Assembly (NCBI RefSeq): GCF_054482525.1
Contig: NZ_CM137006.1
Reading direction: 5' to 3' (one strand)
DNA length: 64,000 bases
In this document: positions 1 through 11,631 of the stretch, piece by piece
How positions within the stretch are numbered: position 1 is the stretch's first letter
How the letters are laid out: the number at the start of each line of letters is the position of its first letter
Translations under genes and position numbers: made by a program
The notes under the pieces: generated by a model
What the model was told of the DNA's origin: nothing
Database searches by the model: none
The model's input: only the letters and a program-made list of their open reading frames with translations

Positions 1-1100
1 ACCGTCTCGAAACGTTACCGCTGAAAAAATCCGCAACCATTGCGGTGGTTGGCCCGCTGGCAGACAGCAAGCGTGACGTGATGGGCAGCTGGTCGGCGGC
101 AGGGGTTGCCGATCAATCCGTGACCGTGCTGACCGGGATTAAAAATGCCGTCGGTGAAAACGGTAAAGTGCTGTATGCCAAAGGGGCGAACGTTACCAGT
201 GACAAAGGCATTATCGACTTCCTGAATCAGTATGAAGAAGCGGTAAAAGTCGATCCGCGCTCGCCGCAAGAGATGATTGATGAAGCGGTGCAAACCGCGA
301 AACAATCTGATGTGGTGGTGGCTGTGGTCGGTGAAGCTCAGGGGATGGCGCACGAGGCTTCCAGCCGTACCGATATTACTATTCCGCAAAGCCAACGTGA
401 CTTGATTGCGGCGTTGAAAGCCACTGGTAAACCGCTGGTTCTGGTGCTGATGAACGGGCGTCCGCTGGCGATGGTGAAAGAAGATCAGCAGGCTGATGCG
501 ATTCTGGAAACCTGGTTTGCGGGTACGGAAGGGGGGAATGCAATTGCCGATGTATTGTTTGGCGATTACAACCCGTCCGGCAAGCTGCCGATGTCCTTCC
601 CGCGTTCTGTCGGGCAGATCCCGGTGTACTACAGCCATCTGAACACCGGGCGTCCGTATAACGCCGATAAGCCGAACAAATACACGTCGCGTTATTTTGA
701 TGAAGCTAACGGGGCGCTTTATCCGTTCGGCTATGGTCTGAGCTACACCACTTTCACCGTCTCTGATGTGAAACTTTCCGCGCCGACCATGAAGCGTGAC
801 GGCAAAGTGACCGCCAGTGTGCAGGTGACGAACACCGGTAAGCGCGAAGGGGCGACGGTAGTCCAGATGTACCTGCAGGATGTGACGGCTTCTATGAGTC
901 GCCCGGTGAAACAACTGAAAGGTTTTGAGAAAATCACCCTGAAACCGGGCGAAACTCAGACCGTCAGCTTCCCGATTGATATCGAGGCGCTGAAGTTCTG
1001 GAATCAACAGATGAAATATGACGCCGAGCCTGGCAAGTTCAATGTCTTTATCGGCACTGATTCCGCACGCGTTAAGAAAGGCGAGTTTGAGTTGCTGTAA
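1..1100 (+). CDS. bglX: periplasmic beta-glucosidase (GH3), C-terminal part; 5' end lies outside the window
   Basis: Frame 3 is open from the window edge to the stop at 1100. The translation (..PLKKSATIAVVGPLADSKRDVMGSW.. to ..KGEFELL) matches my recollection of E. coli BglX. Synteny with osmF supports it. Confidence 0.93.
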   Translation, partial: RLETLPLKKSATIAVVGPLADSKRDVMGSWSAAGVADQSVTVLTGIKNAVGENGKVLYAKGANVTSDKGIIDFLNQYEEAVKVDPRSPQEMIDEAVQTAKQSDVVVAVVGEAQGMAHEASSRTDITIPQSQRDLIAALKATGKPLVLVLMNGRPLAMVKEDQQADAILETWFAGTEGGNAIADVLFGDYNPSGKLPMSFPRSVGQIPVYYSHLNTGRPYNADKPNKYTSRYFDEANGALYPFGYGLSYTTFTVSDVKLSAPTMKRDGKVTASVQVTNTGKREGATVVQMYLQDVTASMSRPVKQLKGFEKITLKPGETQTVSFPIDIEALKFWNQQMKYDAEPGKFNVFIGTDSARVKKGEFELL

Positions 1101-1248
1101 TGCTTTAGTAAGGGCGCGACGTCTGCGCCATTTAAGTATTTATCTGATTCTGCAACTGAATCCGCCCAGACAGGCTAACCCTGTCATTATCAACTATGCT
1201 TTTCTCTTAATTCGCTGAAAACAACAGTAAAAGAATGAGGAAAGCATC

Positions 1249-2166
1249 ATGCCACTCTCAAAGCTCTGGGCAGGTTCACTGGTTATGTTGGCAGCCGTGA
1301 GCCTGCCGCTACAGGCGGCTTCCCCCGTTAAGGTCGGTTCAAAAATCGATACCGAAGGCGCGCTGCTCGGCAATATCATTTTGCAGGTGCTGGAAAGCCA
1401 CGGCGTTCCTACGGTAAATAAAGTGCAATTGGGAACGACTCCTGTGGTGCGCGGGGCGATTACTTCCGGTGAACTGGATATCTATCCGGAATATACCGGC
1501 AATGGCGCGTTTTTCTTTAAAGATGAAAACGATGCGGCGTGGAAAAATGCCGGGCAGGGCTACGAGAAAGTCAAAAAGCTCGATGCAGAGCAAAACAAGT
1601 TAATCTGGCTGACGCCCGCACCTGCGAATAACACTTGGACCATCGCCGTGCGTCAGGATGTGGCAGAGAAAAACAAACTCACTTCGCTTGCTGACCTGAG
1701 TCGTTATCTGAAAGACGGTGGCACCTTCAAACTGGCTGCCTCAGCAGAATTTATTGAACGCGCCGATGCGTTACCCGCGTTTGAAAAAGCCTATGGCTTT
1801 AAGCTCGGTCAGGATCAGTTGCTGTCACTGGCGGGCGGCGATACGGCAGTGACGATCAAAGCCGCTGCTCAGCAAACCTCTGGCGTTAATGCCGCAATGG
1901 CTTACGGTACCGACGGTCCGGTCGCGGCGCTGGGGCTGCAAACCTTAAGCGATCCGCAAGGCGTGCAACCTATCTACGCGCCTGCACCAGTGGTGCGTGA
2001 GTCGGTGTTGAAAGAGTATCCGCAAATGGCACAGTGGTTACAGCCAGTCTTCGCCAGCCTCGATGAAAAAACATTGCAGCAACTGAATGCCAGCATTGCT
2101 GTGGAAGGACTGGATGCCAAAAAAGTGGCTGCCGACTACCTGAAACAAAAAGGGTGGACGAAGTAA
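1249..2166 (+). CDS. osmF: periplasmic glycine-betaine/osmoprotectant-binding protein of the YehZYXW ABC transporter
   Basis: 305-aa ORF with a signal peptide (MPLSKLWAGSLVMLAAVSLPLQA). It is the first gene of a 4-gene ABC cluster and its length and sequence match K-12 YehZ/OsmF. Confidence 0.93.
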   Translation: MPLSKLWAGSLVMLAAVSLPLQAASPVKVGSKIDTEGALLGNIILQVLESHGVPTVNKVQLGTTPVVRGAITSGELDIYPEYTGNGAFFFKDENDAAWKNAGQGYEKVKKLDAEQNKLIWLTPAPANNTWTIAVRQDVAEKNKLTSLADLSRYLKDGGTFKLAASAEFIERADALPAFEKAYGFKLGQDQLLSLAGGDTAVTIKAAAQQTSGVNAAMAYGTDGPVAALGLQTLSDPQGVQPIYAPAPVVRESVLKEYPQMAQWLQPVFASLDEKTLQQLNASIAVEGLDAKKVAADYLKQKGWTK

Positions 2167-2172
2167 TTTCCC

Positions 2173-3330
2173 GTGACTTATTTCCGTATTAATCCTGTTC
2201 TGGCGCTGCTGCTGTTGCTGACGGCAATCGCAGCGGCGCTGCCGTTTATCAGTTACGCGCCTAATCGTTTAGTTTCGGGTGAGGGGCGTCATCTCTGGCA
2301 GCTGTGGCCGCAAACGATCTGGATGCTGGTGGGCGTTGGTTGCGCCTGGATGACAGCCTGTTTTATTCCCGCTAAAAAAGGCAGCATTTTTGCACTCATT
2401 CTGGCGCAATTCGTCTTCGTATTGCTGGTGTGGGGAGCAGGAAAGGCGGCGACACAACTGGCACAAAATGGCAGTGCGCTGGCGCGTACCAGCCTCGGCA
2501 GTGGTTTCTGGCTGGCTGCGGCGCTGGCATTGCTGGCCTGTAGCGATGCCATCCGCCGAATATCCACGCATCCGCTGTGGCGCTGGTTGTTGCATATGCA
2601 GATTGCCATTATTCCGCTGTGGTTGCTGTACGCCGGCACGCTTAACGATCTCTCGCTAATGAAAGAATACGCCAACCGTCAGGATGTGTTTGACGACGCG
2701 CTGGCACAACATCTGACGTTGCTGTTTGGTGCGGTGCTGCCTGCGTTAGTGATTGGTGTGCCGTTGGGCATCTGGTGCTACTTTTCCACTGCGCGGCAGG
2801 GGGCGATTTTTTCGCTACTCAATGTCATTCAGACCGTGCCTTCGGTAGCGCTCTTTGGCCTGTTGATTGCGCCGCTTGCCGCGCTGGTTACGGCCTTTCC
2901 GTGGCTGGGTAAGCTCGGCATAGCAGGAACAGGCATGACACCCGCACTGATTGCGCTGGTGCTCTATGCCTTGCTGCCGCTGGTGCGCGGCGTTGTAGTC
3001 GGCTTGAACCAGATCCCGCGCGATGTGCTGGAGAGCGCCAGAGCGATGGGCATGAGCGGGGCGCAGCGATTCCTGCATGTTCAGTTACCGCTGGCGTTAC
3101 CGGTATTTCTGCGTAGCCTGCGGGTGGTGATGGTGCAAACCGTCGGCATGGCGGTGATTGCGGCGTTAATCGGCGCAGGCGGTTTTGGTGCGCTGGTTTT
3201 CCAGGGGCTGCTAAGCAGTGCCATTGATTTAGTGTTGCTGGGGGTGATCCCGGTAATTGTTCTGGCGGTGCTGATCGATGCGCTGTTCGATTTGCTTATC
3301 GCACTGCTGAAGGTGAAACGTAATGATTGA
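2173..3330 (+). CDS. yehY: ABC transporter permease
   Basis: 385-aa polytopic hydrophobic ORF. Its stop overlaps the yehX start (3323-3330). Same length as K-12 YehY. Confidence 0.92.
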   Translation: MTYFRINPVLALLLLLTAIAAALPFISYAPNRLVSGEGRHLWQLWPQTIWMLVGVGCAWMTACFIPAKKGSIFALILAQFVFVLLVWGAGKAATQLAQNGSALARTSLGSGFWLAAALALLACSDAIRRISTHPLWRWLLHMQIAIIPLWLLYAGTLNDLSLMKEYANRQDVFDDALAQHLTLLFGAVLPALVIGVPLGIWCYFSTARQGAIFSLLNVIQTVPSVALFGLLIAPLAALVTAFPWLGKLGIAGTGMTPALIALVLYALLPLVRGVVVGLNQIPRDVLESARAMGMSGAQRFLHVQLPLALPVFLRSLRVVMVQTVGMAVIAALIGAGGFGALVFQGLLSSAIDLVLLGVIPVIVLAVLIDALFDLLIALLKVKRND

Positions 3331-4249
3331 ATTTAGCCATGTCAGCAAACTGTTCGGCGCACAAAAAGCCGTTAACGATCTCAATCTCAATTTTCAGGAG
3401 GGGAGTTTTTCGGTGCTGATTGGTACATCAGGCTCCGGTAAATCCACCACTCTGAAAATGATTAACCGCCTGGTGGAGCATGACAGTGGCGTGATCCGCT
3501 TTGCCGGAGAAGAAATTCGCTCGCTGCCAGTGCTGGAGTTGCGCCGCCGGATGGGCTATGCCATTCAATCTATTGGCCTGTTTCCCCACTGGAGCGTGGC
3601 GCAAAACATCGCTACCGTGCCGCAATTACAAAAATGGTCACGGGCGCGGATCGACGATCGTATCGACGAATTAATGGCGCTACTGGGGCTGGAGCCAAAT
3701 TTGCGTGAGCGTTATCCGCATCAGCTTTCTGGCGGTCAGCAGCAACGTGTGGGAGTGGCGCGCGCACTGGCTGCCGATCCGCAAGTCTTACTGATGGATG
3801 AACCTTTTGGCGCACTGGACCCGGTAACGCGCGGCGCGTTGCAACAAGAGATGACGCGCATTCACCGTTTGCTGGGGCGCACTATTGTGCTGGTCACTCA
3901 TGATATTGATGAGGCGCTACGGCTGGCAGAACATCTGGTATTGATGGATCACGGTGAAGTGGTGCAGCAGGGCAATCCGCTGACGATGCTGACTCGTCCG
4001 GCGAATGATTTTGTCCGCCAGTTTTTTGGGCATAGTGAACTGGGTGTCCGCCTGCTTTCGTTACGTAGTGTGGCGGATTACGTGCGTCGCGAAGAACGGG
4101 CAGAAGGTGAGGCACTGGCAGAAGAGATGACGCTACGCGATGCGCTCTCCCTGTTTGTCGCGCGGGGATGCGAGGTGCTGCCGGTGGTGAACACGCAGGG
4201 CCAGCCTTGCGGCACGCTGCATTTTCAGGATCTGCTGGTGGAGGCGTAA
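3323..4249 (+). CDS. yehX: ABC transporter ATP-binding protein
   Basis: Walker [13 protein letters not shown] signature LSGGQQQRV and Walker B VLLMDEP. 308 aa, as in K-12 YehX. Confidence 0.94.
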   Translation: MIEFSHVSKLFGAQKAVNDLNLNFQEGSFSVLIGTSGSGKSTTLKMINRLVEHDSGVIRFAGEEIRSLPVLELRRRMGYAIQSIGLFPHWSVAQNIATVPQLQKWSRARIDDRIDELMALLGLEPNLRERYPHQLSGGQQQRVGVARALAADPQVLLMDEPFGALDPVTRGALQQEMTRIHRLLGRTIVLVTHDIDEALRLAEHLVLMDHGEVVQQGNPLTMLTRPANDFVRQFFGHSELGVRLLSLRSVADYVRREERAEGEALAEEMTLRDALSLFVARGCEVLPVVNTQGQPCGTLHFQDLLVEA

Positions 4250-4253
4250 GCGT

Positions 4254-4985
4254 ATGAAGATGTTGCGCGATCCGCTGTTCTGGCTCATTGCTTTGTTTGT
4301 GGCACTGCTTTTCTGGCTGCCTTACAGCCAGCCGCTGTTTGCTGCCTTGTTCCCACAACTGCCACGACCCGTTTATCAGCAGGAAAGCTTTGCAGCTCTG
4401 GCACTGGCTCATTTCTGGCTGGTGGGAATTTCGAGTTTGTTTGCGGTGATCATTGGTACTGGTGCCGGAATTATTGTTACTCGCCCGTGGGGCGCGGAAT
4501 TTCGCCCACTGGTGGAAACTATTGCCGCCGTTGGGCAGACTTTTCCGCCCGTTGCGGTGCTGGCGATTGCCGTTCCGGTGATCGGCTTTGGTCTGCAACC
4601 CGCGATTATCGCCTTGATCCTTTACGGCGTGCTGCCCGTCCTGCAGGCGACACTTGCCGGGCTGGGAGCGATTGATGTCAGCGTGACAGAAGTTGCGAAA
4701 GGTATGGGAATGAGCCGTGGTCAGCGACTGCGTAAGGTCGAGCTACCGCTGGCGGCTCCGGTGATTCTGGCGGGCGTGCGAACTTCGGTGATTATCAACA
4801 TTGGTACGGCGACGATCGCCTCAACGGTAGGGGCCAGCACGCTGGGTACGCCCATCATCATCGGGCTTAGCGGATTTAATACCGCGTATGTGATCCAGGG
4901 GGCGTTACTGGTGGCACTGGCGGCGATCATTGCAGACCGCCTGTTTGAAAGGCTGGTGCAGGCGCTTAGCCAGCACGCAAAATAA
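4254..4985 (+). CDS. yehW: ABC transporter permease
   Basis: 243-aa hydrophobic ORF directly after yehX, same length as K-12 YehW. Confidence 0.92.
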
Positions 4986-5073
4986 AGGTATAACCTGCGA
5001 GCATGACGCCACCAATTCCGCCTAACGCCATAAACAGGAACAGGGCGATGACCCCAATTTTAGCTATGCGCAT
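4966..5073 (-). CDS. yohO: 35-aa small membrane protein
   Basis: Hand translation of the minus strand gives [35 protein letters not shown], which I recognise as YohO. It is too short for the ORF track. Its 3' end overlaps the yehW 3' end convergently. Confidence 0.75.
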
Positions 5074-5132
5074 AATGCACTCCTTATGTTAACGAAAGGA
5101 TTGTACAGTAAAGCGCATTTGTTAACGAATGA

Positions 5133-5864
5133 TTAAATGCCGAGTGGGAAAATATCATGGCCTTGTTCCTGCCAACTGGTAAGTTGCTGCTGTTGGGCAG
5201 AGGTTCGATTTTCACCGCACCACACCAGCAATGTACGGCCTTCGAACAGTTCAGGGCGTAGTTGATTGAGCGAGTGGGCGAGGACATCAATGCGCCATCC
5301 TTGTTGACTGGCAATCCAGCCCTCCAGCCACAGACGGGTGGTATCGTGAATATTCCAGCCAACCACCAGCGCATCTTTACCCTGTTTTTTACGTGCCGAA
5401 GCCAGACAAATGGCGATGTAGTTGATCAGTACGCCGTCGAGGATCGCCAGCAGCGCCTGGAGAGTCGGTTGTTGGCACTGAAGTCGTCGGCGCAGAGGAA
5501 TAAACAGATGCGTGGTGAGTGTCTGGGCGGGGTAATCCTGACCGCGCTCTTTGATCCACGTTCGCAGGCTATGCAGATTGCCGCTTTGCAGGTAAGTCAG
5601 TAATGTTTCTTGCTGATCGCGCCAGCCGTTCTGCACATCAACATTTTCATTACTGAGCAGCATTTTAACTTTGCTGACCTGCACGCCGTTGTCGATCCAG
5701 CGTTTGATCTCGCGGATCCGGTCAATATCGGCATCGTTGAACAGCCGATGGCCGCCGTCTGTTCGTTGCGGTTTCAGCAATCCGTAACGCCTCTGCCACG
5801 CGCGTAACGTGACAGGGTTAATATCACAAAGCAACGCCACTTCACCAATTGTGTAAAGCGCCAT
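5133..5864 (-). CDS. mlrA: MerR-family transcriptional regulator (activator of csgD)
   Basis: 243 aa with an N-terminal MerR HTH (YTIGEVALLCDINPVTLRAWQRRYGLL). Sequence and position match K-12 MlrA/YehV. Confidence 0.93.
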   Translation of the reverse strand: MALYTIGEVALLCDINPVTLRAWQRRYGLLKPQRTDGGHRLFNDADIDRIREIKRWIDNGVQVSKVKMLLSNENVDVQNGWRDQQETLLTYLQSGNLHSLRTWIKERGQDYPAQTLTTHLFIPLRRRLQCQQPTLQALLAILDGVLINYIAICLASARKKQGKDALVVGWNIHDTTRLWLEGWIASQQGWRIDVLAHSLNQLRPELFEGRTLLVWCGENRTSAQQQQLTSWQEQGHDIFPLGI

Positions 5865-6085
5865 CGTCTCACCCTTGCTCGCGAGGTCCCGGTTTAACTT
5901 TAGACGCAGTTTTGCGAACCAGGTAGTTTTGCCCGTTTTTTGTGCATCTATAGGGTGATTTTATTTTTGCCAGGCGATTTTGAGTGATCGTACTCACGAA
6001 TTCTCATTTTTCTGCAAGAGTTCAAAGAAAGTTAAACGCAGGCAATGTATGTTACGCGTTTTAAAGGGAAGTGTGGTTTGCGGGT

Positions 6086-7771
6086 ATGTACGATTTTAAT
6101 CTGGTGTTGCTGCTGCTTCAGCAGATGTGCGTTTTTTTAGTCATTGCGTGGTTAATGAGTAAAACGCCATTATTCATACCGTTAATGCAGGTCACGGTTC
6201 GTCTGCCGCATAAATTTCTCTGCTACATCGTCTTTTCCATCTTCTGCATCATGGGCACCTGGTTTGGGTTGCACATTGACGATTCTATTGCCAATACCCG
6301 TGCGATAGGCGCGGTAATGGGCGGCTTGCTCGGCGGTCCGGTCGTCGGTGGGCTGGTTGGTCTGACCGGCGGGTTACATCGATATTCGATGGGGGGCATG
6401 ACCGCGCTAAGTTGCATGATCTCGACCATCGTTGAAGGATTGCTCGGCGGCCTGGTACACAGCATCCTGATCCGTCGCGGGCGCACTGATAAAGTCTTTA
6501 ACCCCATTACCGCCGGTGCCGTCACGTTCGTCGCTGAAATGGTGCAAATGTTGATCATCCTGGCGATCGCCCGACCTTATGAAGATGCGGTGCGTCTGGT
6601 GAGTAATATTGCTGCGCCAATGATGGTTACCAATACCGTCGGCGCGGCGCTGTTTATGCGTATATTGCTCGATAAACGCGCGATGTTTGAAAAATACACT
6701 TCGGCTTTTTCTGCCACTGCGCTAAAAGTGGCTGCCTCGACGGAAGGCATTTTGCGCCAGGGGTTTAACGAAGTTAACAGCATGAAAGTGGCACAGGTGC
6801 TGTATCAGGAGCTGGATATTGGTGCAGTCGCGATTACCGATCGAGAGAAATTGCTGGCCTTTACCGGAATTGGTGACGATCACCATTTACCCGGCAAACC
6901 GATTTCTTCGACTTACACCTTAAAAGCGATTGAAACCGGTGAAGTGGTCTACGCTGATGGCAACGAAGTACCTTATCGTTGCTCTTTGCATCCGCAATGC
7001 AAACTGGGGTCGACGCTGGTAATTCCGTTGCGTGGTGAAAATCAGCGGGTGATGGGCACCATCAAATTGTATGAAGCCAAAAACCGTTTATTCAGTTCAA
7101 TCAACCGCACGCTGGGCGAGGGGATTGCGCAACTGCTTTCGGCGCAGATCCTCGCCGGGCAATATGAGCGGCAAAAAGCGATGCTCACCCAGTCAGAGAT
7201 CAAACTGCTTCACGCCCAGGTGAACCCCCATTTTTTGTTTAATGCGCTTAACACCATTAAAGCGGTGATCCGCCGCGACAGCGAACAGGCCAGCCAGCTG
7301 GTCCAGTATCTTTCCACTTTTTTCCGCAAAAACTTAAAGCGGCCTTCGGAGTTTGTTACTCTCGCAGACGAAATTGAACATGTGAACGCTTATCTGCAAA
7401 TTGAAAAGGCGCGCTTCCAGTCGCGGTTGCAGGTCAACATTGCTATTCCGCAAGAATTATCCCAGCAGCAATTGCCCGCGTTTACCCTGCAACCGATAGT
7501 GGAAAACGCCATTAAACATGGGACATCACAACTGCTCGATACAGGGCGAGTGGCAATCAGCGCCCGACGTGAGGGGCAACATTTGATGCTGGAGATCGAA
7601 GACAATGCCGGTTTGTATCAACCGGTAACCAATGCCAGTGGGCTGGGGATGAATCTGGTGGATAAGCGTTTACGTGAACGGTTTGGCGATGACTATGGGA
7701 TAAGCGTCGCCTGTGAGCCTGATAGTTACACCCGAATAACGTTACGACTACCATGGAGGGACGAGGCATGA
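6086..7771 (+). CDS. btsS: LytS-type sensor histidine kinase (pyruvate sensing)
   Basis: I chose the start at [13 protein letters not shown] (561 aa, as in K-12 YehU) rather than the GTG at 6071. It has N-terminal multi-TM, GAF-like and His-kinase regions (..HFLFNALN..). The stop overlaps the btsR start. Confidence 0.92.
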
Positions 7772-8487
7772 TTAAAGTCTTAATTGTCGATGATGAACCG
7801 TTAGCACGGGAGAACCTGCGCGTATTTTTGCAGGAGCAGAGCGATATTGAAATTGTTGGAGAGTGTTCAAACGCCGTGGAAGGGATCGGCGCGGTGCATA
7901 AACTGCGCCCGGATGTGCTGTTTCTCGATATCCAGATGCCGCGCATCAGTGGTCTGGAAATGGTGGGGATGCTCGACCCGGAACATCGTCCGTATATTGT
8001 TTTTCTCACCGCGTTTGACGAATACGCTATTAAAGCCTTTGAAGAACATGCCTTTGATTATCTGCTGAAGCCAATTGATGAAGCGCGACTGGAGAAAACG
8101 CTGGCGCGATTGCGTCAGGAGCGCAGCAAGCAGGATGTTTCGCTGTTACCGGAAAATCAACAGGCGCTGAAATTTATCCCTTGTACGGGGCATAGTCGGA
8201 TTTATTTGCTGCAAATGAAAGATGTGGCATTTGTCAGCAGTCGGATGAGCGGTGTCTACGTTACGAGTCACGAAGGGAAAGAGGGCTTTACCGAACTGAC
8301 ATTACGTACCCTGGAGAGTCGTACACCACTACTACGCTGCCATCGTCAGTATCTGGTTAACCTCGCGCATTTACAGGAGATTCGTCTGGAAGATAACGGC
8401 CAGGCCGAGTTGATTTTGCGTAATGGCTTAACCGTGCCGGTCAGCCGTCGTTATCTGAAAAGCTTAAAAGAGGCGATTGGCCTGTAA
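7768..8487 (+). CDS. btsR: LytTR-family response regulator
   Basis: [17 protein letters not shown] receiver domain plus a C-terminal LytTR domain. 239 aa, as in K-12 YehT. ATGA overlap with btsS. Confidence 0.93.
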
Positions 8488-8533
8488 AAGACTGCTAAAA
8501 TGGCTTTTTGCCTCATCAACACCTGAAGGCCTC

Positions 8534-9004
8534 ATGCTAAGTAACGATATTCTGCGCAGCGTGCGCTACATTTTGAAAGCCAATAATAATGACCTGGTGC
8601 GTATTCTGGCGCTGGGTAATGTCGAAGCCACCGCGGAACAGATCGCCGTCTGGCTACGTAAAGAAGACGAAGAGGGTTTTCAGCGTTGTCCGGACATTGT
8701 TTTGTCTTCCTTCCTCAATGGCCTGATTTATGAAAAACGCGGCAAGGATGAGTCTGCTCCGGCACTGGAGCCGGAACGTCGCATTAATAACAACATCGTG
8801 CTGAAAAAATTACGCATCGCGTTTTCGCTGAAAACCGATGACATTCTGGCGATCCTCACCGAACAGCAGTTCCGCGTTTCGATGCCGGAAATTACGGCGA
8901 TGATGCGTGCACCGGATCATAAAAACTTCCGCGAATGCGGCGATCAATTTTTACGTTATTTTCTGCGTGGACTGGCAGCGCGCCAGCATGTGAAGAAAAG
9001 CTAA
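8534..9004 (+). CDS. yehS: DUF1456-family protein
   Basis: Start chosen at MLSNDILRSVRYILK (156 aa, as in K-12 YehS). The ORF-track start at 8477 would overlap btsR. Confidence 0.88.
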   Translation: MLSNDILRSVRYILKANNNDLVRILALGNVEATAEQIAVWLRKEDEEGFQRCPDIVLSSFLNGLIYEKRGKDESAPALEPERRINNNIVLKKLRIAFSLKTDDILAILTEQQFRVSMPEITAMMRAPDHKNFRECGDQFLRYFLRGLAARQHVKKS

Positions 9005-9013
9005 GACGGGTAT

Positions 9014-9038
9014 GGCGGCCATGCGAAACATGGCCGCC
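9014..9038. terminator. bidirectional hairpin between the convergent genes yehS and yehR
   Basis: GGCGGCCATG-cgaaa-CATGGCCGCC forms a perfect 10-bp stem between two convergent stop codons. Confidence 0.6.
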
Positions 9039-9044
9039 GACAGA

Positions 9045-9506
9045 TTATTTCACTTCTTTAAAACCAGCGGCTTTCATCACCAGTTCCATTTGCGCCATAG
9101 TGATACCTTTTTTGGCATCTTCAGCAGAAACGTTGATTCCTGAAATACCCTGCAGGGCTTTAAAATCCACTTTTTCCATATCGATAGTCACGTTTTCCTG
9201 CGCGTAGGTATCGGTATAGGTTAATTTTTCTTCAACACCCGCGATATTTTTGTATTTGGCGCTTAACGGCTCAAGTGTCTTGGCAGCGTCTTCTTTGGTG
9301 GTTGCACCAATGGAGGCAAATTGAATTTTGGTTTCAGAAGATTGCTTAAGCACCTTGTCACCTTTGTAGACATAGGTAATGGCAATTTCAGTACCGTTCA
9401 GATTGGCGCTGAATTTTTTCGATTCTTCTTTGTCACCGCAGCCAGCAAGAGAGAAAACCAGAACAGATGCAACAACGAGGGAAAACAGCTTATTGAAAGC
9501 CTTCAT
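9045..9506 (-). CDS. yehR: lipoprotein (DUF1307)
   Basis: MKAFNKLFSLVVASVLVFSLAGC contains a lipobox. 153 aa, as in K-12 YehR. Confidence 0.9.
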   Translation of the reverse strand: MKAFNKLFSLVVASVLVFSLAGCGDKEESKKFSANLNGTEIAITYVYKGDKVLKQSSETKIQFASIGATTKEDAAKTLEPLSAKYKNIAGVEEKLTYTDTYAQENVTIDMEKVDFKALQGISGINVSAEDAKKGITMAQMELVMKAAGFKEVK

Positions 9507-9630
9507 GTAAAACTCCATTTTATTTAATCAAGAAACTGGTGACTCTCACCAGGGGCTATATAGGATATGCCTAATACCGTGGCGTGAGCAGTCCGGAACT
9601 GGAGTAGAACTCTTAGTAAAAAGCACTATT

Positions 9631-11631
9631 TCATCCTTGTTGCTGAAGCATGTGGAATAATTGTTCGCAAAGCAAAACACCGTTATTCATTGCTTCTACC
9701 CGTGCCTCGCTTTCTGTATTACAAAATTGTGCCAACACATGTGCCAGCCGATAAAAACCGACCGCGGTGAGGTCATTCGCCAGCAACTCTGCCTGACCAA
9801 TAGCACTCTGTTCCTGATAGCGCCAGCCGTTATGGAGCAGTTGAATAAGTAACGCCTGGCAGCGCATCAGCAACTGATGAGCGGTAGACGGCACAGGCAG
9901 AACGCTGGCAGAAGGTAGCGGTGCCACAGGCGCAGTTTCTGCGTCCAGCGCCCAGGCGCGGGTTTTGGTCATCATTACCCGTGGTTCCAGTGTCAATTGC
10001 CCCTCAACAAAACTGACAAAGCCAGAAACCAGACTCACGGGGTCGTCTGTGTGTTGCAAAAGTGCCGCCATGCGTTCAACGGCAAAAGGCGCGCTGGCTG
10101 AGGCTGGCAGTGATAAAGTCAGCAGATTATCTTCACCTTCGCCGCTGATTACCTGCGCATCCAGCGTCTGGCGGCTGCTATCCCAACCGAGTGAAATACA
10201 CTCAGCGACTGGCAGAATAAATAAGTTATCCACCTGATTAAGAGGCCGTATGCAGGCGGGGGGACGCTGGCGTAAATATTCCCGCAAAGCCACAATGCCC
10301 GACTGGCGCAATGGCGCGCTCAACATTTGCCAGGCGTCTGGCGACAGCGGCACAACGCTGCTTAAGCGGTTGCGGGTAGCTAACAACAGCTCGCCATCGG
10401 CACTGCGTTTTGCTGCTTGTGAAACAATTTGCCCACCTGCCAGTGCGCCAGCCAGAAAACTAAACAGCCGACGCGTCGCTGCCGGTGAGTTTTCCTGTTC
10501 GCTTCTCGGCCAACTACGCGAAAGATGCAAAATACTGCCAGTGTCGGGATCGGTAAACCAGATGCGTAAACCATAATGCTCAATATCCTGCCAGCAACGC
10601 ATACCTAAAGACACCAGCCGCAGATGATCAAGCTTTGCTTCTCCGGCAATGCCAGAGCCAACGACCGTGCGCCACGGCACAGGAGGAACTTCACCAACAC
10701 TGTCGCGCCGGGCCATCTCTTGTGCGCAATTTAATCGACTGTTTAATGCCGCAAGCTGACGTAAGCATTCTCCGACATGATAGTGGCTGGCGCGGGCGTG
10801 GAAGGCATCAACGCTGGCGCGCAGTTGCCGTAGCGATTCACTCACCCAGCGCCAGTTGCAGCGTTCCGCCGCTTGCTGCGCGCGGCTGAAAGCAGCCTTG
10901 TAATGAATAAGCGGCTGGCTGATGCCGCCAAGCCATAACGCCTGGCTTAATTGCTGAACATATTGACGACACGCGTCGCCCTCATCGTTGGCAAACGGAT
11001 CGTCAGATGATGTGACGTGTTCGCTGCGCATCTGCCAGATTAAATGAGTAAATTCCGCTTGCTGCGCTTTGGCCTGGACAAAGGCCTGTACTGCCAGTAC
11101 GACATGTTCGCAAAGTGTGCCGTCAATACAATCACAGCGTGCGAAACGAATGCTGCTGCGGGAATAAAAACGTACATCGCTCATCGGTAAGCGGGCAGAG
11201 GGAATTTCGCCCGGCGTACAGAACAACTCAATGGTGATGCCTTTAGCGACCAGTGTCTGTGCGCGTTTGCGGGTGGCATCGGGCAGGGTAGCCAGTTCTT
11301 CCAGCCAGATTGCCGGATCCCACTCTTCTTCTTTTTCCGTAGGCTGGGTGGTGGCGCAAAGTCGCTGATAACTTAAAACCAGCATCACGCGATGGCGGCA
11401 CATGCCGCTGGCCCCGCAGCTGCATTGAGCCTCTTTCAGTGCCTGACCGTTCGCCAGCTGGGTGCGGACACCGTCACTGAAGGTGGCGATTAAAGCGCCG
11501 TTCTCATGGCTGATTTCCGGGACGTTGCCATTTTCCAGTTCTTTAAGGCTGCGCTTAACAAAACCGGCATTGCTTAACGCCGTCAAAGCTTGTGGTGTCA
11601 GTTCTAATAATTCCGGCCGTAGTGAATTCAT
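9631..11631 (-). CDS. yehQ: SWIM zinc-finger protein, last gene of yehLMPQ
   Basis: Two CxC..CxH SWIM motifs (CSCGASGMCRH and CDCIDGTLCEH). The ATG overlaps the yehP stop (ATGA at 11628-11631), which suggests translational coupling. K-12 may annotate a shorter start. Confidence 0.85.
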   Translation of the reverse strand: MNSLRPELLELTPQALTALSNAGFVKRSLKELENGNVPEISHENGALIATFSDGVRTQLANGQALKEAQCSCGASGMCRHRVMLVLSYQRLCATTQPTEKEEEWDPAIWLEELATLPDATRKRAQTLVAKGITIELFCTPGEIPSARLPMSDVRFYSRSSIRFARCDCIDGTLCEHVVLAVQAFVQAKAQQAEFTHLIWQMRSEHVTSSDDPFANDEGDACRQYVQQLSQALWLGGISQPLIHYKAAFSRAQQAAERCNWRWVSESLRQLRASVDAFHARASHYHVGECLRQLAALNSRLNCAQEMARRDSVGEVPPVPWRTVVGSGIAGEAKLDHLRLVSLGMRCWQDIEHYGLRIWFTDPDTGSILHLSRSWPRSEQENSPAATRRLFSFLAGALAGGQIVSQAAKRSADGELLLATRNRLSSVVPLSPDAWQMLSAPLRQSGIVALREYLRQRPPACIRPLNQVDNLFILPVAECISLGWDSSRQTLDAQVISGEGEDNLLTLSLPASASAPFAVERMAALLQHTDDPVSLVSGFVSFVEGQLTLEPRVMMTKTRAWALDAETAPVAPLPSASVLPVPSTAHQLLMRCQALLIQLLHNGWRYQEQSAIGQAELLANDLTAVGFYRLAHVLAQFCNTESEARVEAMNNGVLLCEQLFHMLQQQG

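Noticed and set aside
15-1007. 330-aa ORF on the minus strand
   Set aside because: It is antisense to bglX. It has no Shine-Dalgarno or motifs, and the sense frame matches a known protein.
3894-4598. 234-aa minus-strand ORF spanning the yehX/yehW junction
   Set aside because: It is antisense to two recognised ABC transporter genes. Its low-complexity, R/P/Q-rich translation marks it as a shadow ORF.
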